From Laetmonice hystrix (Eukaryota): 64,000 nucleotides of DNA. Below, piece by piece: positions 1 to 14,829 of this stretch; position 1 is the first letter of the stretch, and each line of letters begins with the position of its first letter. The position numbers and the translations under genes were made by a program. The DNA lies in assembly GCA_965235115.1 (NCBI GenBank), contig OZ249437.1, positions 31,372,001 through 31,436,000 of the forward strand. The letters are read 5' to 3'. The notes beneath the pieces were generated by a model, which saw only the letters and a list, made by a program, of their open reading frames with translations, ran no database searches and was not told where the DNA came from.

Positions 1-5
1 CTCAC

Positions 6-71
6 CGGAGCGGGGATCGATGCACTAAACGATCGAGTTCATCTGGCACACCCTGGCGCCCCTTTCTCCTC
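6..71 (-). CDS. Candidate internal exon (phase 2-2), peptide (W)RRKGRQGVPDELDRLVHRSPL; unknown protein
   Basis: On the minus strand, acceptor gccctctctgtgtgccag and donor CCG|gtgag flank 66 bp that are open in this frame. The phase fits the 1402-1503 candidate (TG+G = Trp). Confidence 0.3.
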
Positions 72-752
72 CTGGCACACAGAGGGCTCTGCTACAAATG
101 CGCACAGTCGGCTACTGTCAACTGTCATATATGCTACATGAAACAAGCCTTGACCATGCCGCTGGGTGGGGCAGTCAGTCTGTTTATAGTTGGTTAGTTA
201 CTCAGGTGAGCGGGCCTGTCATTTGTTCTGCTGTCAGAGAGCTCAGATCACCCCGATCGAACCAACCTGTTCACGCCTTATCTCAGTGGTGGCAGACGAC
301 AGCCAGCAAATACTCAGAATTCTGCTCATTTGGTTCCATCAAGGTCGATAATTCTCCGTGCATCCTGTAACGTTGAACTCTACATCCCAACGTCACTGCG
401 AAGCGTTTTAGCTTTCAGCGATTTCTTTTTTTTTTTGGAGGAGGAGGGGGGGGTAGAGAACTTGTGGAGAGTTTAATACCTTTTGATCTTCGATCTCACA
501 TCATCCTCATCCATTGACATCATTTCTCGCCCGTTGGGCTAGAAGTTGTTAACGGGGGAGGTCACCAACGTTAGACCTGTTCCTTAGCGACACACCCTCC
601 TTCCACTCCCCCTAGCTAGAAGGGCGTGGCATCATTTTGAGTCTGCCCCAGTGCACCTGCCCTCACTAGTCTTTGAAAACGACATCCCTTTCCAGAATCG
701 ACACACCTGTGTGACTGCATACCTTCAATGGTATCATGGCTCGCCTCTCTAC

Positions 753-806
753 GAGGGCTGCAGTCTTAGAGAGGGCTGCAGTCTTAGAGAGGGCTGCAGT
801 CTTAGA
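753..806. repeat. 18-bp tandem repeat x3 (gagggctgcagtcttaga)
   Basis: Three exact copies at 753, 771 and 789. Confidence 0.95.
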
Positions 807-1401
807 GGCTTTCTAGCCTGACTTACAGATCTATCATTTTAGCCACAGCACCTTCTGATTGTAGAAGTGAGGCACTCACTTCTATGATATCCATTTATTT
901 TCACTCTACCGTCTTTCTGCTGCAAACTTCTCACCATACTTCAAATATTCTTTCATTCTCTTGGAACTTAATAATGACCACTTAGTGACAGCTAGTAGCA
1001 ATTTCCAGCCATTCCATTTCTATTATTTTATCCCTGAGGTGTTACTCGCTGGCGAATGTGCCCTGTTCTAAATGAGACATTATCTGAAGTAGCACCTTCA
1101 GTCAAACAGGTGCTTGCACAAGGTGTCGGGTCGTTGGACGGCCGGTTGTTTCCTGTGCCGGAATGTCTTTAAGGAAGGGAGCATTGAGGTGTAGATGAGG
1201 TATAAAAGTCTGGCGCTGGCAGGCCGAGGCAGGTGACAACGCGCGGATTACAGAATGACAAATGGTAATGGAGTTCCATTGCAGGCTACGGCGACCGAAT
1301 TACCAGCTCTTGCTTATCAAATTGGTTGGAAATCTCCAGCAAATTTTCGTTTATTTCATCATTTTTCAGTTCACCTTCAAAGCCCGATGGCGTCATCTCA
1401 C

Positions 1402-1503
1402 CAGTGGGTTACCAGAGCCTTGATCGCCCTGAGGTGAAAACCTTGGAATAAAGTCGGCTCATGGAAGATTGTGGTCCATTGCAGAAGTTTGCCAACATGT
1501 TCG
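1402..1503 (-). CDS. Candidate internal exon (phase 2-2), EHVGKLLQWTTIFHEPTLFQGFHLRAIKALVTH; unknown protein
   Basis: Minus-strand acceptor catcgtccaattag and donor CTG|gtgaga. It lies in the frame of track ORF 1398..1643, whose stop falls just past the donor. Confidence 0.3.
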
Positions 1504-4014
1504 CTAATTGGACGATGTAACCCAGAGACCTCGGGGGTGGGGGCCTGGGGCAGTATTGGCTGGGACCACCCCAGGCTGGTCATTGCCCGCGGCGGTTCCA
1601 TGGTTCCGCGTCCTCCAGCTGCTGTTGTATGCTGTGGCTGCATAGCCAGAGAGCCATCAATATGTCAGGTTAGGCCGGCTGGTCGGCAGGGCCAGGCATA
1701 ATTACACATGTAATGGTAGCCCCCAGGCTCCACAGGAACCTACCCCCTGGGTGTCCACGTCCATGGGAGCCGAGTGGGAGGTCAGGCGGGGTGTCCTGTA
1801 CGGCAAGGGTGACAACAGACAATCCTCCCCTCTCCAATTAGCACCTGATGAAAGGTCAACGGTGCCTGCCCAATGTCCGGCGGAGGCCAAAGGGAGCGCA
1901 GGGGGCAGGGCTACCTTGGGGGAGGGGTGCTGTCAGAGCCCTGATACTGGCAGGGTCCTCCCATTCATCATCTCAGGCCCTAGCCCAAGCAAGCCAAACC
2001 ACGAAGGTGACCCACTCACTTCCTTGGCTTCACGCTCACTCAACCCAACAACAGCGCGCCCGATTTTCCCCAGTGTTGCACACCAGGCCAATTTAGTTTC
2101 CAGCCTAGTGGCTCGTGTGCACTGAAGGATGGGTGCCCAATGGCGTTCCAGTGGTCAGCGTGTGAGAACAACTGCCCACAAACCTGATGACCCATGTCCC
2201 CTGGCCAATGTTATCCTGTTCGTGTGGTGGTGCCCACTGGTCAGTGAAGCTCTGGCCCAGCAGACGTCGTGGAAGGGGGAGGGGGTCCTGCTCAGAGGAG
2301 CGATACGTCAATTCTGACGTCACCGCGGGCGCAGCTGGAGCGGAAACCGTCTGCTGTTGCTTACGTCACATTGGGTGGCGTCGCAGTCATCGCAGCTGGA
2401 AAGCTGCCCTCGCGTGGCCGACGGGACCTTGCACGGCAGGTTGACAGCACCTGTACTACACCTGCATGGTTACGGCCAGACTACCAGGTGTCGTTACCCC
2501 TCCAATTCATGTCTATTCTCTCTGACCTCTCACCTCATTTGACCCACGCTACGCATCCATTCTTCTTGTCCTTCCATTTTCTTTTAAAATATCATCTTTC
2601 TCCGAATACGCTAGCATTACACTGACTGCAACCCTTCATAACGTTTGCGCAACATTCAGAAGTCGAAATCGCGGCTGCTCCTTTTTGTGATTAAAGTGAA
2701 TATTTTACCTTATGCCGAAGTACATAGCAATTATTCATATGATTACAACACCCGCCTACACTATGCAGTATGAGCGTCAAAACAACTTAATTGGTCCCAA
2801 ATGAGTTTTCATAACGACTTTTGTCAATGCAAATCTTCAGAATAAATGCTGAATACAGCTAGGGATCTCTTACATTTCATCACGTTTCTAATGGCATGCA
2901 TTGCTTGGCAAAGAGAAGCAATAAGTGATGTTCTAATGGCAATATTTAAGCAGACGATCGACATATTAAGGCCATAATGGCCGAAGCGAACTGGCTAATA
3001 ATTAGCTTATACTTAAAGCATATTAAATAAACAATCGACGTTGTTATACAATTCTTAAATTGGGGTCACGCTGACTATAGCCGGCACAGTCATGTTTCGT
3101 TGATGGTTTGGAAATTAGTCTCTGCCGGTGAATGAGGCGCTATTAGTAAACCATCCTGCACAACCCATACAGCCAGTTCCTAATGAAAACAAACCTTCCC
3201 CATTCATGATGAACCAATTAACGCTTGTCGCTTTGTGCTCATTTCAGAACACGGCGATTTAAGCGTTCAACATAAGGAGTGAGTTTTTAATGCGCTTCAA
3301 TCATTCTACGTCTTCCGTACACCGAATTCTTTCACAAACTGGGCTGTAAACGGAAACAAAAAATGGGCGAACACAATCAAGTGGGTTTTTAGCTGCCGTT
3401 GAGATTTGCCTAATCAATAGGGATCTTTGTAGAATGGTGTTTCTCTTGTGTTACCGGATTGGCCTTCAGGGCTCTGGGTGCATAAAGGGGTCACGGAAGA
3501 CTGCAGTATTGCGGCTCTTCAATCTCCGACTCCTTCTCAAGTGGAAGGCTTCACATCAGAGCCTCAATCTGCAAGGTTCGCAGGCATTCTTATACTGCAA
3601 TATGCTTTTCAAGATGTCAAAAGGGGTTTGGTGTGCTATTCATCAATCACCTCGGTAAAGGCAGCCACCAATGTCGCTCAGGCAGCTGAAGCCACCGGAG
3701 CACTGACTGAAATAGAAATCTCGAAGAGTAGAAGAGAATGCTAATAGGACTTGTCTCCCCCCATCGCCACCCACCCCCTCTTTCAGCCCTATCCCAGTGA
3801 TATGTCCTGAAGTGAGACATCACTAATTTGTTGGCGTTTCCCGCAGAGCTGTGATCTAAGCAGGCAACTGTCAGCTTTATATTTTCCTTAACAAATTACA
3901 TCATTGCGAGCGGTATGGAAGACAGGCATGTTTTCCCCTACGGCCCCGCTGGCCGTGTCTGCGGCAAGCTGACGAGGCTGGGCTGGGCATCAGGAACACT
4001 CAGTGCCCTGTCAG

Positions 4015-4151
4015 TGGTGGGCGAGGCCATGAACGACCAATGTGACCACAGCCTGGATGATGCCGTCCCTCCGGGACCCCCACACCTTCCCTCGGGCCCA
4101 AGTCTTCAAAGCTCATTCTGGCAGCGTCTGCAAGCGTCAGTTCAATCCCGT
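4015..4151 (+). CDS. Candidate exon VGEAMNDQCDHSLDDAVPPGPPHLPSGPSLQSSFWQRLQASVQSR
   Basis: Acceptor gccctgtcag and strong donor CGT|gtgagt, with GC-rich third positions. It lies in ORF 3915..4166. Confidence 0.25.
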
Positions 4152-7100
4152 GTGAGTAGTACTTAACACAGGGTGCCGCCTGTTCCCTGACAGCCATCAT
4201 ATATGCGGGCCGCAATATGGCAGCTGCGAAGCGACCACCCAAAACGCGCAGCTTGCTGCAAGAACTGGCACCGAACCCACTGCTACCAACGCTGAACGAA
4301 CGTTCTCTTCCCGTCCGCCCCTCTGCCTTACCGCAGGCCCAGCCTGTATCCCTATATCACAGCAAGTGACAAGTGAATAGCTTCTCCAACAGAGAAACCC
4401 ACTGAGGCGTTTTATGTGGTAAACTGACAGGAGCAGTTACGAGGACTTTCTATCGGTCCCCAGGACCCCGAGACTCACCAGTGGCAGTCCATCAACGTGT
4501 CACCAACCATATGGCTCCTGAACGATGGGCCAAGTTCAGATATTTCACGTCAAACTCAATTTCTCAGTGAGATAGCAATTTATGATTCCCAAAGTTACAT
4601 TAATAAATCTTTCAGACTTCTAAATCAAAACCCCGCCCAAGAACGGCGCGTCTTTATGAAGGTCATCTGAAGCTGAAAGCTGAAGGTCGTAGGATGTCGG
4701 TCGGCAGGCTACTAAACCATCACTGGTTACCTTAGCAGGTATCCCCTATTCCAACAAATTAATATTCAAAATTTATTTTCAATTATTAACTTCAATTCTA
4801 CATGTTTGCTTCAGCTTCCTCGTGCCAGAGGCTCTAAGTGAGGACACCCCATGCAGACAGGCATTGTCTTTGACCTTTTGTAACACAACTAATGCCTACA
4901 TTTACCAGATGCTACCAGGAAAAGGCTTCTCTGATGCCAGGCTCGAGGTAATTCTCATGGCTACCTGTCTGCAGCATGCTAGTTTTATCACTCACGCCAT
5001 GCCCCACTCATTCCCCGTCCTCCTGCCTTGAATCCTCAGGGGGGTCGAATGATATTTCATCTCCGCGACTCACTATCATGGCTGCCGGATCCACCAACTC
5101 CAACATGAACATTTGCTGCAGGCACCCACAGCCATCCGAAAACATACCGTTCTAATGCGAGTGGCAGCAAGGTTCTGAATGGGTGATACAGTTGTGTTTG
5201 ATCCGCGTACAAAAGGATGGACATCACACGGATACGGAAGATGAAGAAGTCCATCGTTATCTGTACAAACCTCTCCCCCAAGGCACAAGGACATTGTTTA
5301 AGCAAACACCAGAAGTCAAGTCGCACTGGTTGGAGTGTACTTGGCCATCTGTCTGTATGCCTCCAAAAGCAGCTTAGGAAGCTGGTCAGACTGTCGTAGG
5401 CATAAGGATATTGATTGCTCCATATTTAGAGGGATGAGTCGGTGTTTACTGACCGTCACTTTGTGGCAAGTCAAGAAGCACTATCTGAGGGTGGCCTTGG
5501 AACACGAGCAGCCACCTGCCCCTCTCTTCAACCTCCACTGGCGGCGACTCGATGGCTCAGTAAGCAGTTGAAACACTGGTGTACAGTGACACAACATTAG
5601 AGACCTGGCCAAGGCAGTTGGCTGGAACCGATCGGAAACCAATGACAGAGGTCATGCACCTCAATGGTCTAGCCCCCTTTTTACCTTTTTGCCTGATCTA
5701 CAGAATGTTTCTGATGAGTCGGGGTTCGGAGCCAAAAGGTCAAGGAATGCTCATTGCTGCTATTGATTATAAAGAGTGCAGTCTTTGTCTATCCGCCAGG
5801 CAATCTACTATGGCATGCCCACCGTGGTCAATGAAGGTTCCTTCTTTGACCCCTGCCAGTTCTTTTTCGCTTCCCTTACTGCATACCAACACAACGTGCC
5901 CTCACCTTGCAATCAGTTATGATGAACAATGATAAACCATTGAAAAGTTTATAACGAAACTACATTCCATATTTCATTATGCAAAACATGTAATTCCCCC
6001 AAAAAACATGGCTTAGAGACAGCCCAGTATAAGATCAAAGCCATTGCTGATATCAGCTTCTGCTGCTGGTTCCTTGAACAGGGAGGCAAAGATGAGGTTT
6101 CATGTACCCATCTCCCAGTCTCTGTCAAATATTTCATGTCTGGAAATAAATTCTATTCATTCAATTAAAGCAGGGTTGTTCCATACTGACTATGTTGAAC
6201 GTGCTTTATTTTGCCTTTAATTTACTGAGAGGCAATGTTTCCGTCAGTAAATATCTGGAGGTGGAAATCAATTCTACACTTCAGAAGTTCGGGGAGGATC
6301 TCCGCCTGCTGTCAATCTTTGCAGGGCGCCACAGAATCGCCTGTATTTCATAATCAAATATCAACGGAGCATCAAAACAGTGCCTCCCAAAAACAGATTC
6401 TAGTTACATTTATTACATTGAGGGGAAAAAAGATGACAGCCAGCATGCCCTCCGGTCATTTTTAGGCAGCACACAAGGAAATAAATCCACAAATATTTAG
6501 ATCCTACCGATCTCCGTACTCGGAGGATTAGGCCAATAAGCTGTCAATTTGTGTAGTGTGCGCATCTGTGTGTCGGCCTGTATGCCGTCAGCGGCGGCGA
6601 ACGTTTGGCCTCGTGCTGGGTCTGGTATGGTAGAGGGTGGCAGTGAGCGTGGGGAACAACCGAGCCTAGACTCGAGCAGTCAGCCCTGGGATTGTGGGAT
6701 AAACGCAATCCCAGGGGATCCACGCTGACCTCCAACCAATGACTGAATGGTGGGGGTACATTAATAAAATATCCTGTCACTATCCTTGGGTAGGTTACGG
6801 GAACAAAACACCGGCCTACTGGTCAAAAATCCGTGTCTCAAGCCGTGCTAGCGAGTCCAATCGTTTGGTTTAAACGAATATTTGAAATTCTCAATGGCCG
6901 GCAGTCTACACTGGCTCTTGTCTCATCAAATTTAACACTTATGCATGTATGTGCATGTGCGGGGAGGTAATGATTTTTTGCATCATGTTTATTAGTATTC
7001 CTTCAAGCATAAAAAGTTAACACTCCTATGCGTGACTTGACTGCCCTCATTTCAAGGCCTTTTTAATAGAAACCGAATTTTAAAATTAATGGAGCCGAAC

Positions 7101-10100
7101 ACTCTTGCAAAGCGACGGATATGGTTCATTAACCAGCTAAAAGTAGTAACATCACCCTTATTCCGGGCCGAATAAGAACAAGGTGAGCATTAAACCTTTC
7201 ATTAGCTCTATCAATTTCAATTAAAGTCTACCACGTCAACGTCCTTGTGCAAAAAGCCCCCTTGCAAAATGTGCCTGACATCCCTATCCCCTGGTGGCCA
7301 TCATACAATAACTATAACCTAACAGTCGATGCTCATCTCCTCATGCCGGGGGGTAAACGGGCATTTTGTCTGGGTAACCTATTCTTTCATTGGCTCCTGT
7401 ATAATTCAAGGTGTGTGACCTCCTGGGCCGTCACCGTGACCCCGGGTCAAGTTGCCAGTTCTTGCTGTTCCTGAGTGAGATGCTCGCCAAAAGGATACGG
7501 GTTACACAAGCAATTCATCAGCCGCATGTCGGGCCATCAATAAGTGATGCCTTGAACGCATGTTACCACAATGGCTCTCATGCACGGGCCACCGTGTTTC
7601 ATCAATATGGGTGGGGCCATGATAATGGCGGGAACTCGGGAGGCTAAACCAGGTCGTTACGAGAAATGGCGCTCCCCGGCAGCTCCAGTGGCGGGAAGCC
7701 GTGGACCTCTCCTCAAGGTCCTTCCAGGACCCTTCCTCCAGTGTCCAGGACCCATGGCCATACCTGGACCTTCCCCATCACACAAACACCTCTCCCATCG
7801 TAAGGCAGCACACCAGCACTTGCCCACACGTCTAACCTGGCCTCCTCTCAACGCTGATCCTGCTGTCCACATTACTCATGTAAGGGGCACCGCTTCCATC
7901 AAGTGGTGCGGCTAATCCACGCCATCAAAGATCTATGAGATACACCTCTTGGTCCAAACGCCCCATTAACACGACCATGTCATTTCCATGGGAAGCTTTT
8001 AAGTGCATCGGTCCAGTGCAGTTGACTTGGGAGTTGATGAATGTTGTTATGGATAGATTATTGTAAATAATGTAAATGAAGCACGCAAAATTCCTCAGGG
8101 AGCTCCTTTTACTAGTAGAGCATTCTCAGCAAGTGTAGGCTACGGTTGATACTCCCGCTTCGAGGACAAATTTAAGTCTATGAACGAAAAAACGATTGGT
8201 GCAATATTGTTCGTGCTTATATAATTTAACCAGACATAGGCCATTGCCATTTTTAAGCATGTTTAAAGTATGTCGAGCAGTCCAATGATTGACCGTTAAT
8301 GCTGCACCTCGTACTCTGTCATTACTTGTACTCCCTGCTTGGCCAAGCCCTAGAATCCCGAATCAGGGGAATACGACAGAGTTTAAACAGGACCAGATTG
8401 TGATCTCGGCAACCTACTGGGCCCTAACACTGATACAGTGTTCGAACGATCAATGTCAGAAACACCCCAACATCACTTGATCGCCAGCACGCGGCTATTA
8501 ATGGCCACCTCAGGTGTTTGGCCATATCCCGTGCCTAGTTTTGGGCCATATTGTAAATCATGTGAAAAGCTGCTTCCAGATGTCATCGATGCTGGGCCAT
8601 CATGTGGAGCCCAGTTGGTCGCCCTTGTATCCTGGACCCCAGCTCTGGGCCGTAGTTTTGGGGCCCCGCAGTGCTGGAGCACATGTGAAGCCGTCTGCTG
8701 TGCCCTCATCCAACATGACTTGGCCTCCCAGACCAGGTAGTTGAGGCCAATATGGCAGGCTAGCTTTCAACCTGTCATGTCAATGTCACATTATCACGGC
8801 TATTGCCATATTTCTTCCAGCAGGTTACCACCATGAACGTTCAGACCCAGGCAGCTAGTCCGCTATCCCAGCCCTCCACCCGTCCACCTCCTCCCGCCGA
8901 CTGGGAATGAACCGAAGTGTTCAGCCCTCATGGTTCAGCACTCTACCTCATCAATAAGTGACAGCACAATCCCCTAACAATAAACTCCCAGGAGCGGCCT
9001 TTTTCATTCCGCCAAGAGTGAGTGTGATACACCGATAATGTAATCACCCATCTGCCTATCGTTGTCATTTTTTCCTAATTTGTTTAAATGAAAGCGATAT
9101 CAAAGGAAAACCGCTGTCATTTTTACACCCAGTTTCCCTTTGGTGGAGTTTTTCGCGCAACTTCAAAATGTCATTGATACAAAGTGTTTGTTATGGCACC
9201 CAAATGTGGTTTAGTAAGCGGTCATTTCTTGTTAGTGAGAATTATTGATAATGTAATATGGCTGCAGAACAATGATTCCGCCTTCCGGCTTGTCTGCAGG
9301 TTCAGGTCCGCCGGCGGATGCTGAGACCACACGAAGATGTCGCATTGAACAGCGAGCTGTGCTAGCACAACTCGGTTATCTAACTGCAGTTCGTCAATTA
9401 TGACGTAATGAGAAACGCCGGGTGTGGCCCTGATCGGCGCCGACTGCCGAGACTCAACGCCCTCCCCTCCCAGCCACCTCCTCCTCCTCCCCACCACCAC
9501 CCGCAGATTTGACATGCCTCGCTCTAGATCCAAGGCAAATCCTTCCGTCCCTTATTATGCACTTTAACAGTTAGATTGGGGTTAGCGATGGCAGACGAAG
9601 TAAGGCCGAGTTCATTACCAAATCCGTTTTAGTCCGACCTTATGATGCTGCATCCACGAAGTCGCTGGGATATGTCGGGTCTAGGCCTAGAACCTTCTCT
9701 GTCCGCCATAGGTCCATTCACATGTGGCCATGGTGAATACCCTTTAAGTTTCCCCCTACAGAATCAAGGCCCTAAGCCTACGGTCCGGACCTAACAAACG
9801 ACGGAAAAAGTCTGCTTAAACTTAAAGCGACCATGCCTCATCTTAATGCCTCCTTAGTAGATCTATACATTTACGTGGGCGATGTGCTGGTCCCTTTCCC
9901 GACACTGGGCCATTGTACAACCCCTGAGTATTACCTACCTCCTCTCCACAACCCTGCCCCACCATCAGTAGGCCTAACAGCCCGCACCGTTCCAACCCTC
10001 TCCACCTCCCGGGTTCCGCCGCCCCGCTTGGGAGGCCCTCTTTCAAGTGTGCCCCTAGGACTGCTGTTTGAGAAAATTGCTTTGAAGTTGAGTACAATTA

Positions 10101-13100
10101 GCGCAGGCTTCACACACTGATTAATATTGCAGAATCTGGCTTCGGAGGCTTGAAAGAGGGAGTGTGCATACTGTGCTCCACTCAGGCTTGCTGGGCCAGT
10201 CACACTTGATCAACAGACCCGCCAGCATCTGGCTACGTCTGTTTGCCTTCCAATAACCAACACCGCCTTCCCAATCAGGCAAAAATTATAGCCCGCTCTA
10301 GTCCTCCTCCTGCGCCACTTTTGACCTGCCGACTCATCACAAAATTAACAGCATTCTTTCCCCCCTCGACGGTATTATAAGTGAAATCGTGTTGTTCTTT
10401 ACACGCGCTGTCAAACCTGGGATATTACCTCAATATGCATATTTGTTTCGCTTTCTTTGTCTACATTTCACAGGGGTAATCTGTTAATGGATTCCCAATA
10501 TTCATATTTGGAAATAACAGAAATATCTATCTAAAATTGCAATTTGAAACGGGACTGACGTGGACTGAAAGGTTTGCTTTTTGCCACCTACGTTGTCTGC
10601 CTCCTGCGTTTGGACTATTGGGTGTGTCCAATCACACACTTCATCCCATCATGATGATAAGCTGGAGAAGTATAAGGTGTCGCAGTACAGAAGCTTACAC
10701 TTAGCCTTGTCTGTCAGTCAATTACTGCACTAAGTCTCTCACCACTGATCAACTATCATCCACAACTAGGGCCTACGTGTTACAACACTAAGCGCATCAT
10801 CTAGGTGATTTCAACAGGATGCTGCAGTAGACATGGTCTAATCAGCCGTTTCCACACCTCTTGTACACTGCATTAAAATGACCGTTCATTGGCATCGTTT
10901 TCATGCCCGCCTACAGTTATTACTAGGTCCATTGCATCACATGTTGCGTAATCATCATTTACTCCTCACTCGTAAAAGAGGATTGTGAATTTTGATGCCC
11001 GATTCACTCGCTCTGCTTCAAAGAGGTAACGCCTTCGAATAAAGAACGTACAAATGGGGCATAAAACTTCTTTTCCAATAGAACAGAAGTTTAGGTAGGA
11101 GAAGCAACAATGACGGACTTAGTATTTGTCTATCAACGTGCATGCACCAAGCGGACATGCATAATCGCACATCACCAGGAGCAATGGAAGGGCACAAAGA
11201 TGACACCATCAGGCACACTATCAGGGACAATAGAAACAGAGTACAGTCCATATCCGGGGCAGGAGAAGGGCATTACTATGGCATATATCCACATAAAATC
11301 AATAACTTAATATCTCCAGGTATTACACCACAGCCTGGGGATGGGCAACACCAAGGGATACCGGGTTCTCCACCATTATCCATATCGAACTCTGGCGATT
11401 ATGGAACACTGGAAACAATAGGAGCTTACATAGCATGTAAACGGAGCGTACCATGGACTAGTTTTCGCACAATGCTGTTCAAGGTACCCAGAGGGTGGCT
11501 ACGGATACGCGTGCGCACGGCACACCACCGATGTGCCCTCAGGCCGACGCCCCAGGTTACCCAGTACATAACAGGAGTCTTTCTTTATGGAGTGTCCCCA
11601 ATGTCTCTTCTCAGTATTCTCTTCTCATGCCCCGCCCCGAGTCCTTGTGTAACTCAAGTCCTACACAACATCGCAATTACATAATGCCCTTCCCATATTG
11701 TGTCATGTTATTAATACAATGCATTCTCTCTCAGCTCCAACGTCCGCTCCCTCGGGGCCTGTGCTGTTAGAAGTTAAAGAGCAAAGCTGAACACACTCAC
11801 GCTGACAAGGAATTCACACACTCATGACACCCCTACCTCCCTCATCCCCCAGAATGTGGTCTTCTCATCCCCTTGCAGCATTCTCCATATTGTTCATCAA
11901 CAGCGCATTCAGTCTTCAACCCACGTTTCATGGTTTCCTGTAAAAGCACCCATCGCCCTCCTCGTCTGTCACCACTTCAAATACCAACTCAACCAACCAC
12001 TGCTTGGAGACCTCCCGTCGTGGAGAATACTGCTGAAGCAGCACGTTAGCCTTCTCAAGCAGAGGCGAACAACGTCTTGGTTGGTGGCAATAATTGCACC
12101 TTAAGCCCATTTTGCACTGCTTCAACACCACTCTCCAAATTGGCCTCCGGTACCAGCACAAGACTTAGCCGACCGCTCCGTTCTGATGGCGTGACAGAGC
12201 CTTCGGTGGCGGCCGAAATGACGGGTCGTCATCGTGGTTACGTGGATCTGTACTTGTCACGGCGAAACCTGGGAACAATGCCCGTCGCTGTGATCCTATT
12301 AGACATCAACATCCCTGTCCCCATGAAACACCCTGCTGAGCTAAGCCATTTTCCCCCACACTTCTCCTCAAACAAGATTACGGGCTGTTCATCAACTGTA
12401 TAGGCTAGGTTCTTAGAACGGTCATAAGAAGCTTGTCCACTCGTTATTGGTAATAGCGTAGAGCCTATATCAAGTAGCGACTCTCTGGTAATAGGTTTAG
12501 TGTTCCCAGGGCACGCTATAAAGGCATCATGCATAGCTAAGTGGATGGAAGTTAAAAATTATATTCTGTAGAATATATCAATAGGAAACACCCCACTTAG
12601 TATTTCAACAAGAAGTACCCCCGTACTGAAATAACGGACAAATATGAACATGCATGTTCAGGTGAAGATCCACTGGGGACTTTTCTTATTTCAGGTTTTA
12701 ATCCTACCCGCCAACAGCCAACGTCTGTTTTAGCACTTTAAACACCCTGAGCATTCTGAGCACTGACCCTGGTTGGGCCTGCTTTACATCTCTGCCTGTA
12801 GGAGAAAGCTAGAGCTTTGTGAAATAATGACCACCCAAGAGCAATACGTATGTTGGTGCTGCCATGTGAGGGCCACAGGCAACCATCATGATTTCCTCAC
12901 TCACCACGATCATAAATTCTGCTATGATAAATGAGCTTCAGACTGGCTGGATATGTTCACATACCGGCACCCAGGTTCCATCTTAATGCTGGTAAAACTC
13001 ACGTCAGGTTAGGTCAAACCCACATTTAGTATTTTGTTCCATCTTTGTAAAGCACCGTATGGTATGTTATATATGGTGTGCTGAATGCTCCAGTCCAGAA

Positions 13101-13816
13101 ATTATGCACAGACCACATTTTGAAAAATCAATAGCGAAAAGATAAAATCTTGGGTTCTTCTACAAGACGTAATCTGTCATACATAAGTCTTCTTTTTTGA
13201 CAGAGTTATGTCAAACAGCATGCATCTCTTTTTTTTCGAACGAGTGCTCTCTCTCTCTCTCTTTGAAAACCAGTGCCCTGTTGATACCACAGGATGCAAA
13301 ACCTAACAGCCCAGAGAAACTGGACAAAATAAACTTCCGCGTCAGAATACGTCATGAATCGTGGGAATGACCTGATTGATGCCTTTATGGTGTACTCAGA
13401 CGGCAGCAGAGACCAGGGCCCAGGACATTAACACCGCTCTATGGGCGTGTAATTATCGGGCAAACTTCGGCCAGCTAGTTTTCTTAGCTCCGCTGCACAT
13501 AACACATCCTAGCCCTGTCAGTAGGCTTGGCCATCAAGTGAGCCCGCCCCTAATGTCAACAACATTACCCTTTTTACGTTTCAAAGTGGCCCTTCTACAC
13601 ATAGGTCACTGAATCACATAAGTCATGAGGTATTTACGGATATTTTGTCACTCTGGAGTTGTTGACTCATCAGTTGCTGTATTTCGCACACCGGGTTCCT
13701 AAGTTGATTCCGTCACGGTCGAGTTGTGTGAGAAAACTTCACGGTTGTAAACCGGGATAAAAAAAAACCAATCGTTCCTCAAGACGGTCGGCCATCTACG
13801 TGTATCGTTTTTTCTA

Positions 13817-14047
13817 ACTCACAATGTTCTTGCTGAGCTCAGCTCGTCTCGTGCCAAAACCTTTTGGTCACAACTTCCCTAATTTGGGCGACCGTGCAAG
13901 TTTCTCTTGTCGATAAATTCGTATCGCGTTGTTGGAGGGAAGGGGAATTGTTGTTTTTCCGCGACATTCCAACTTCAAAGACGCGTGCTTGCCACGTGGG
14001 TTTGCTCGTTCGCCGAGGAAATGGTCAGAAATGGTTGGCGAGTGAGT
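13817..14047. promoter_or_regulatory. CpG-rich putative (bidirectional) promoter / first-exon region
   Basis: CpG-dense, with palindromic E-box ccacgtgg (13992-13999). Two outward-facing GTGAGT donors: minus strand at 13817-13822 and plus strand at 14042-14047. An in-frame ATG at 14021 gives MVRNGWR up to the donor. Confidence 0.35.
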
Positions 14048-14410
14048 GATCACTCACTGTGGCCGGTCACACTGCGCCGTCTACTGGCATTATTCGAGAC
14101 TCTCAGCTTCTTTGCCTACACACACAACGTTTAGCTCAATACAGGGAAACAATTTCATATTTCTCTCCCAAATGAAGAACCAAAAATTAAAATATAGATC
14201 TGCATTGTGTAATTTGTAATGATTCACGCCATTTATCGGTTATAATTTAACTTCGCATGGGGGTTAAATCCTTTCCAATAGTTTTTCTTATACCAAGCAT
14301 GCTGTGCCTCATCAAATTGTAAAACAATTACGGCCTATCATTGTCACACCCATGTACCCATCTGACAGACATTACTATTGCCTCAAGCAGAGACTGGTTT
14401 TTATTCTTAC

Positions 14411-14470
14411 CTGTAGACAAATTGTTGACTTTCCACTCCCTCATTGAGAGTTCAAATCCTGTCATTTGAA
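14411..14470 (-). CDS. Candidate exon (phase 1-1) QMTGFELSMREWKVNNLST
   Basis: Minus-strand polypyrimidine acceptor ttctgtattatccttttatacaatatcag and donor CAG|gtaaga. Only one of three frames is open over the 60 bp. Confidence 0.35.
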
Positions 14471-14761
14471 CTGATATTGTATAAAAGGATAATACAGAAC
14501 ATGTCAAGCTTCAGGGAATAATTTTTTGTAAAATATCAGCCGTTCCAGACGTTGTTTCAGGTAAAGATGACACCTGTCCACCTGTCACTGTCACCGTCAT
14601 CTTTTCATGCCGGTGGGCTAATTGCCGTGGACATGTCGCAGTCTCCCAACTAACCTTTCACATGTTAACATTTTGTTCATTTATGACAATTAACCAAATA
14701 AGCTTTCAAGGCAGGTTGTTAGGCATAATGATGGGAGAATAAAACAAGAGACTACTTCCAG

Positions 14762-14829
14762 GACACGCTGCACCAAGCGCTGCACCAACTGGTGCTGCTG
14801 GAAAGGGTCAGGAACCGGTCCATCACCAG
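14762..14829 (+). CDS. Candidate exon (phase 0-2) DTLHQALHQLVLLERVRNRSIT
   Basis: Acceptor ctacttccag and donor CAG|gttggg. Third positions are strongly GC-biased and the peptide looks like an amphipathic helix. Confidence 0.4.

Noticed and set aside
5711-5750. Hammerhead ribozyme core (CUGAUGA), also at 14837 and CUGACGA at 27604
   Set aside because: There is no stem II followed by GAAA and no closing stems.
9601-9830. Degenerate MITE around palindrome gggtctaggcctagaacc
   Set aside because: The putative arms are poorly matched and asymmetric, and there is no TSD.
11142-11684. 180-aa ORF as a gene or retroelement protein
   Set aside because: No RT, integrase, endonuclease, recombinase or other recognisable motif, and no codon bias.
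14445-14465. tRNA/SINE B-box (gttcaaatcc)
   Set aside because: There is no A-box or cloverleaf. No tRNA, rRNA or snRNA was recognisable anywhere in the window.
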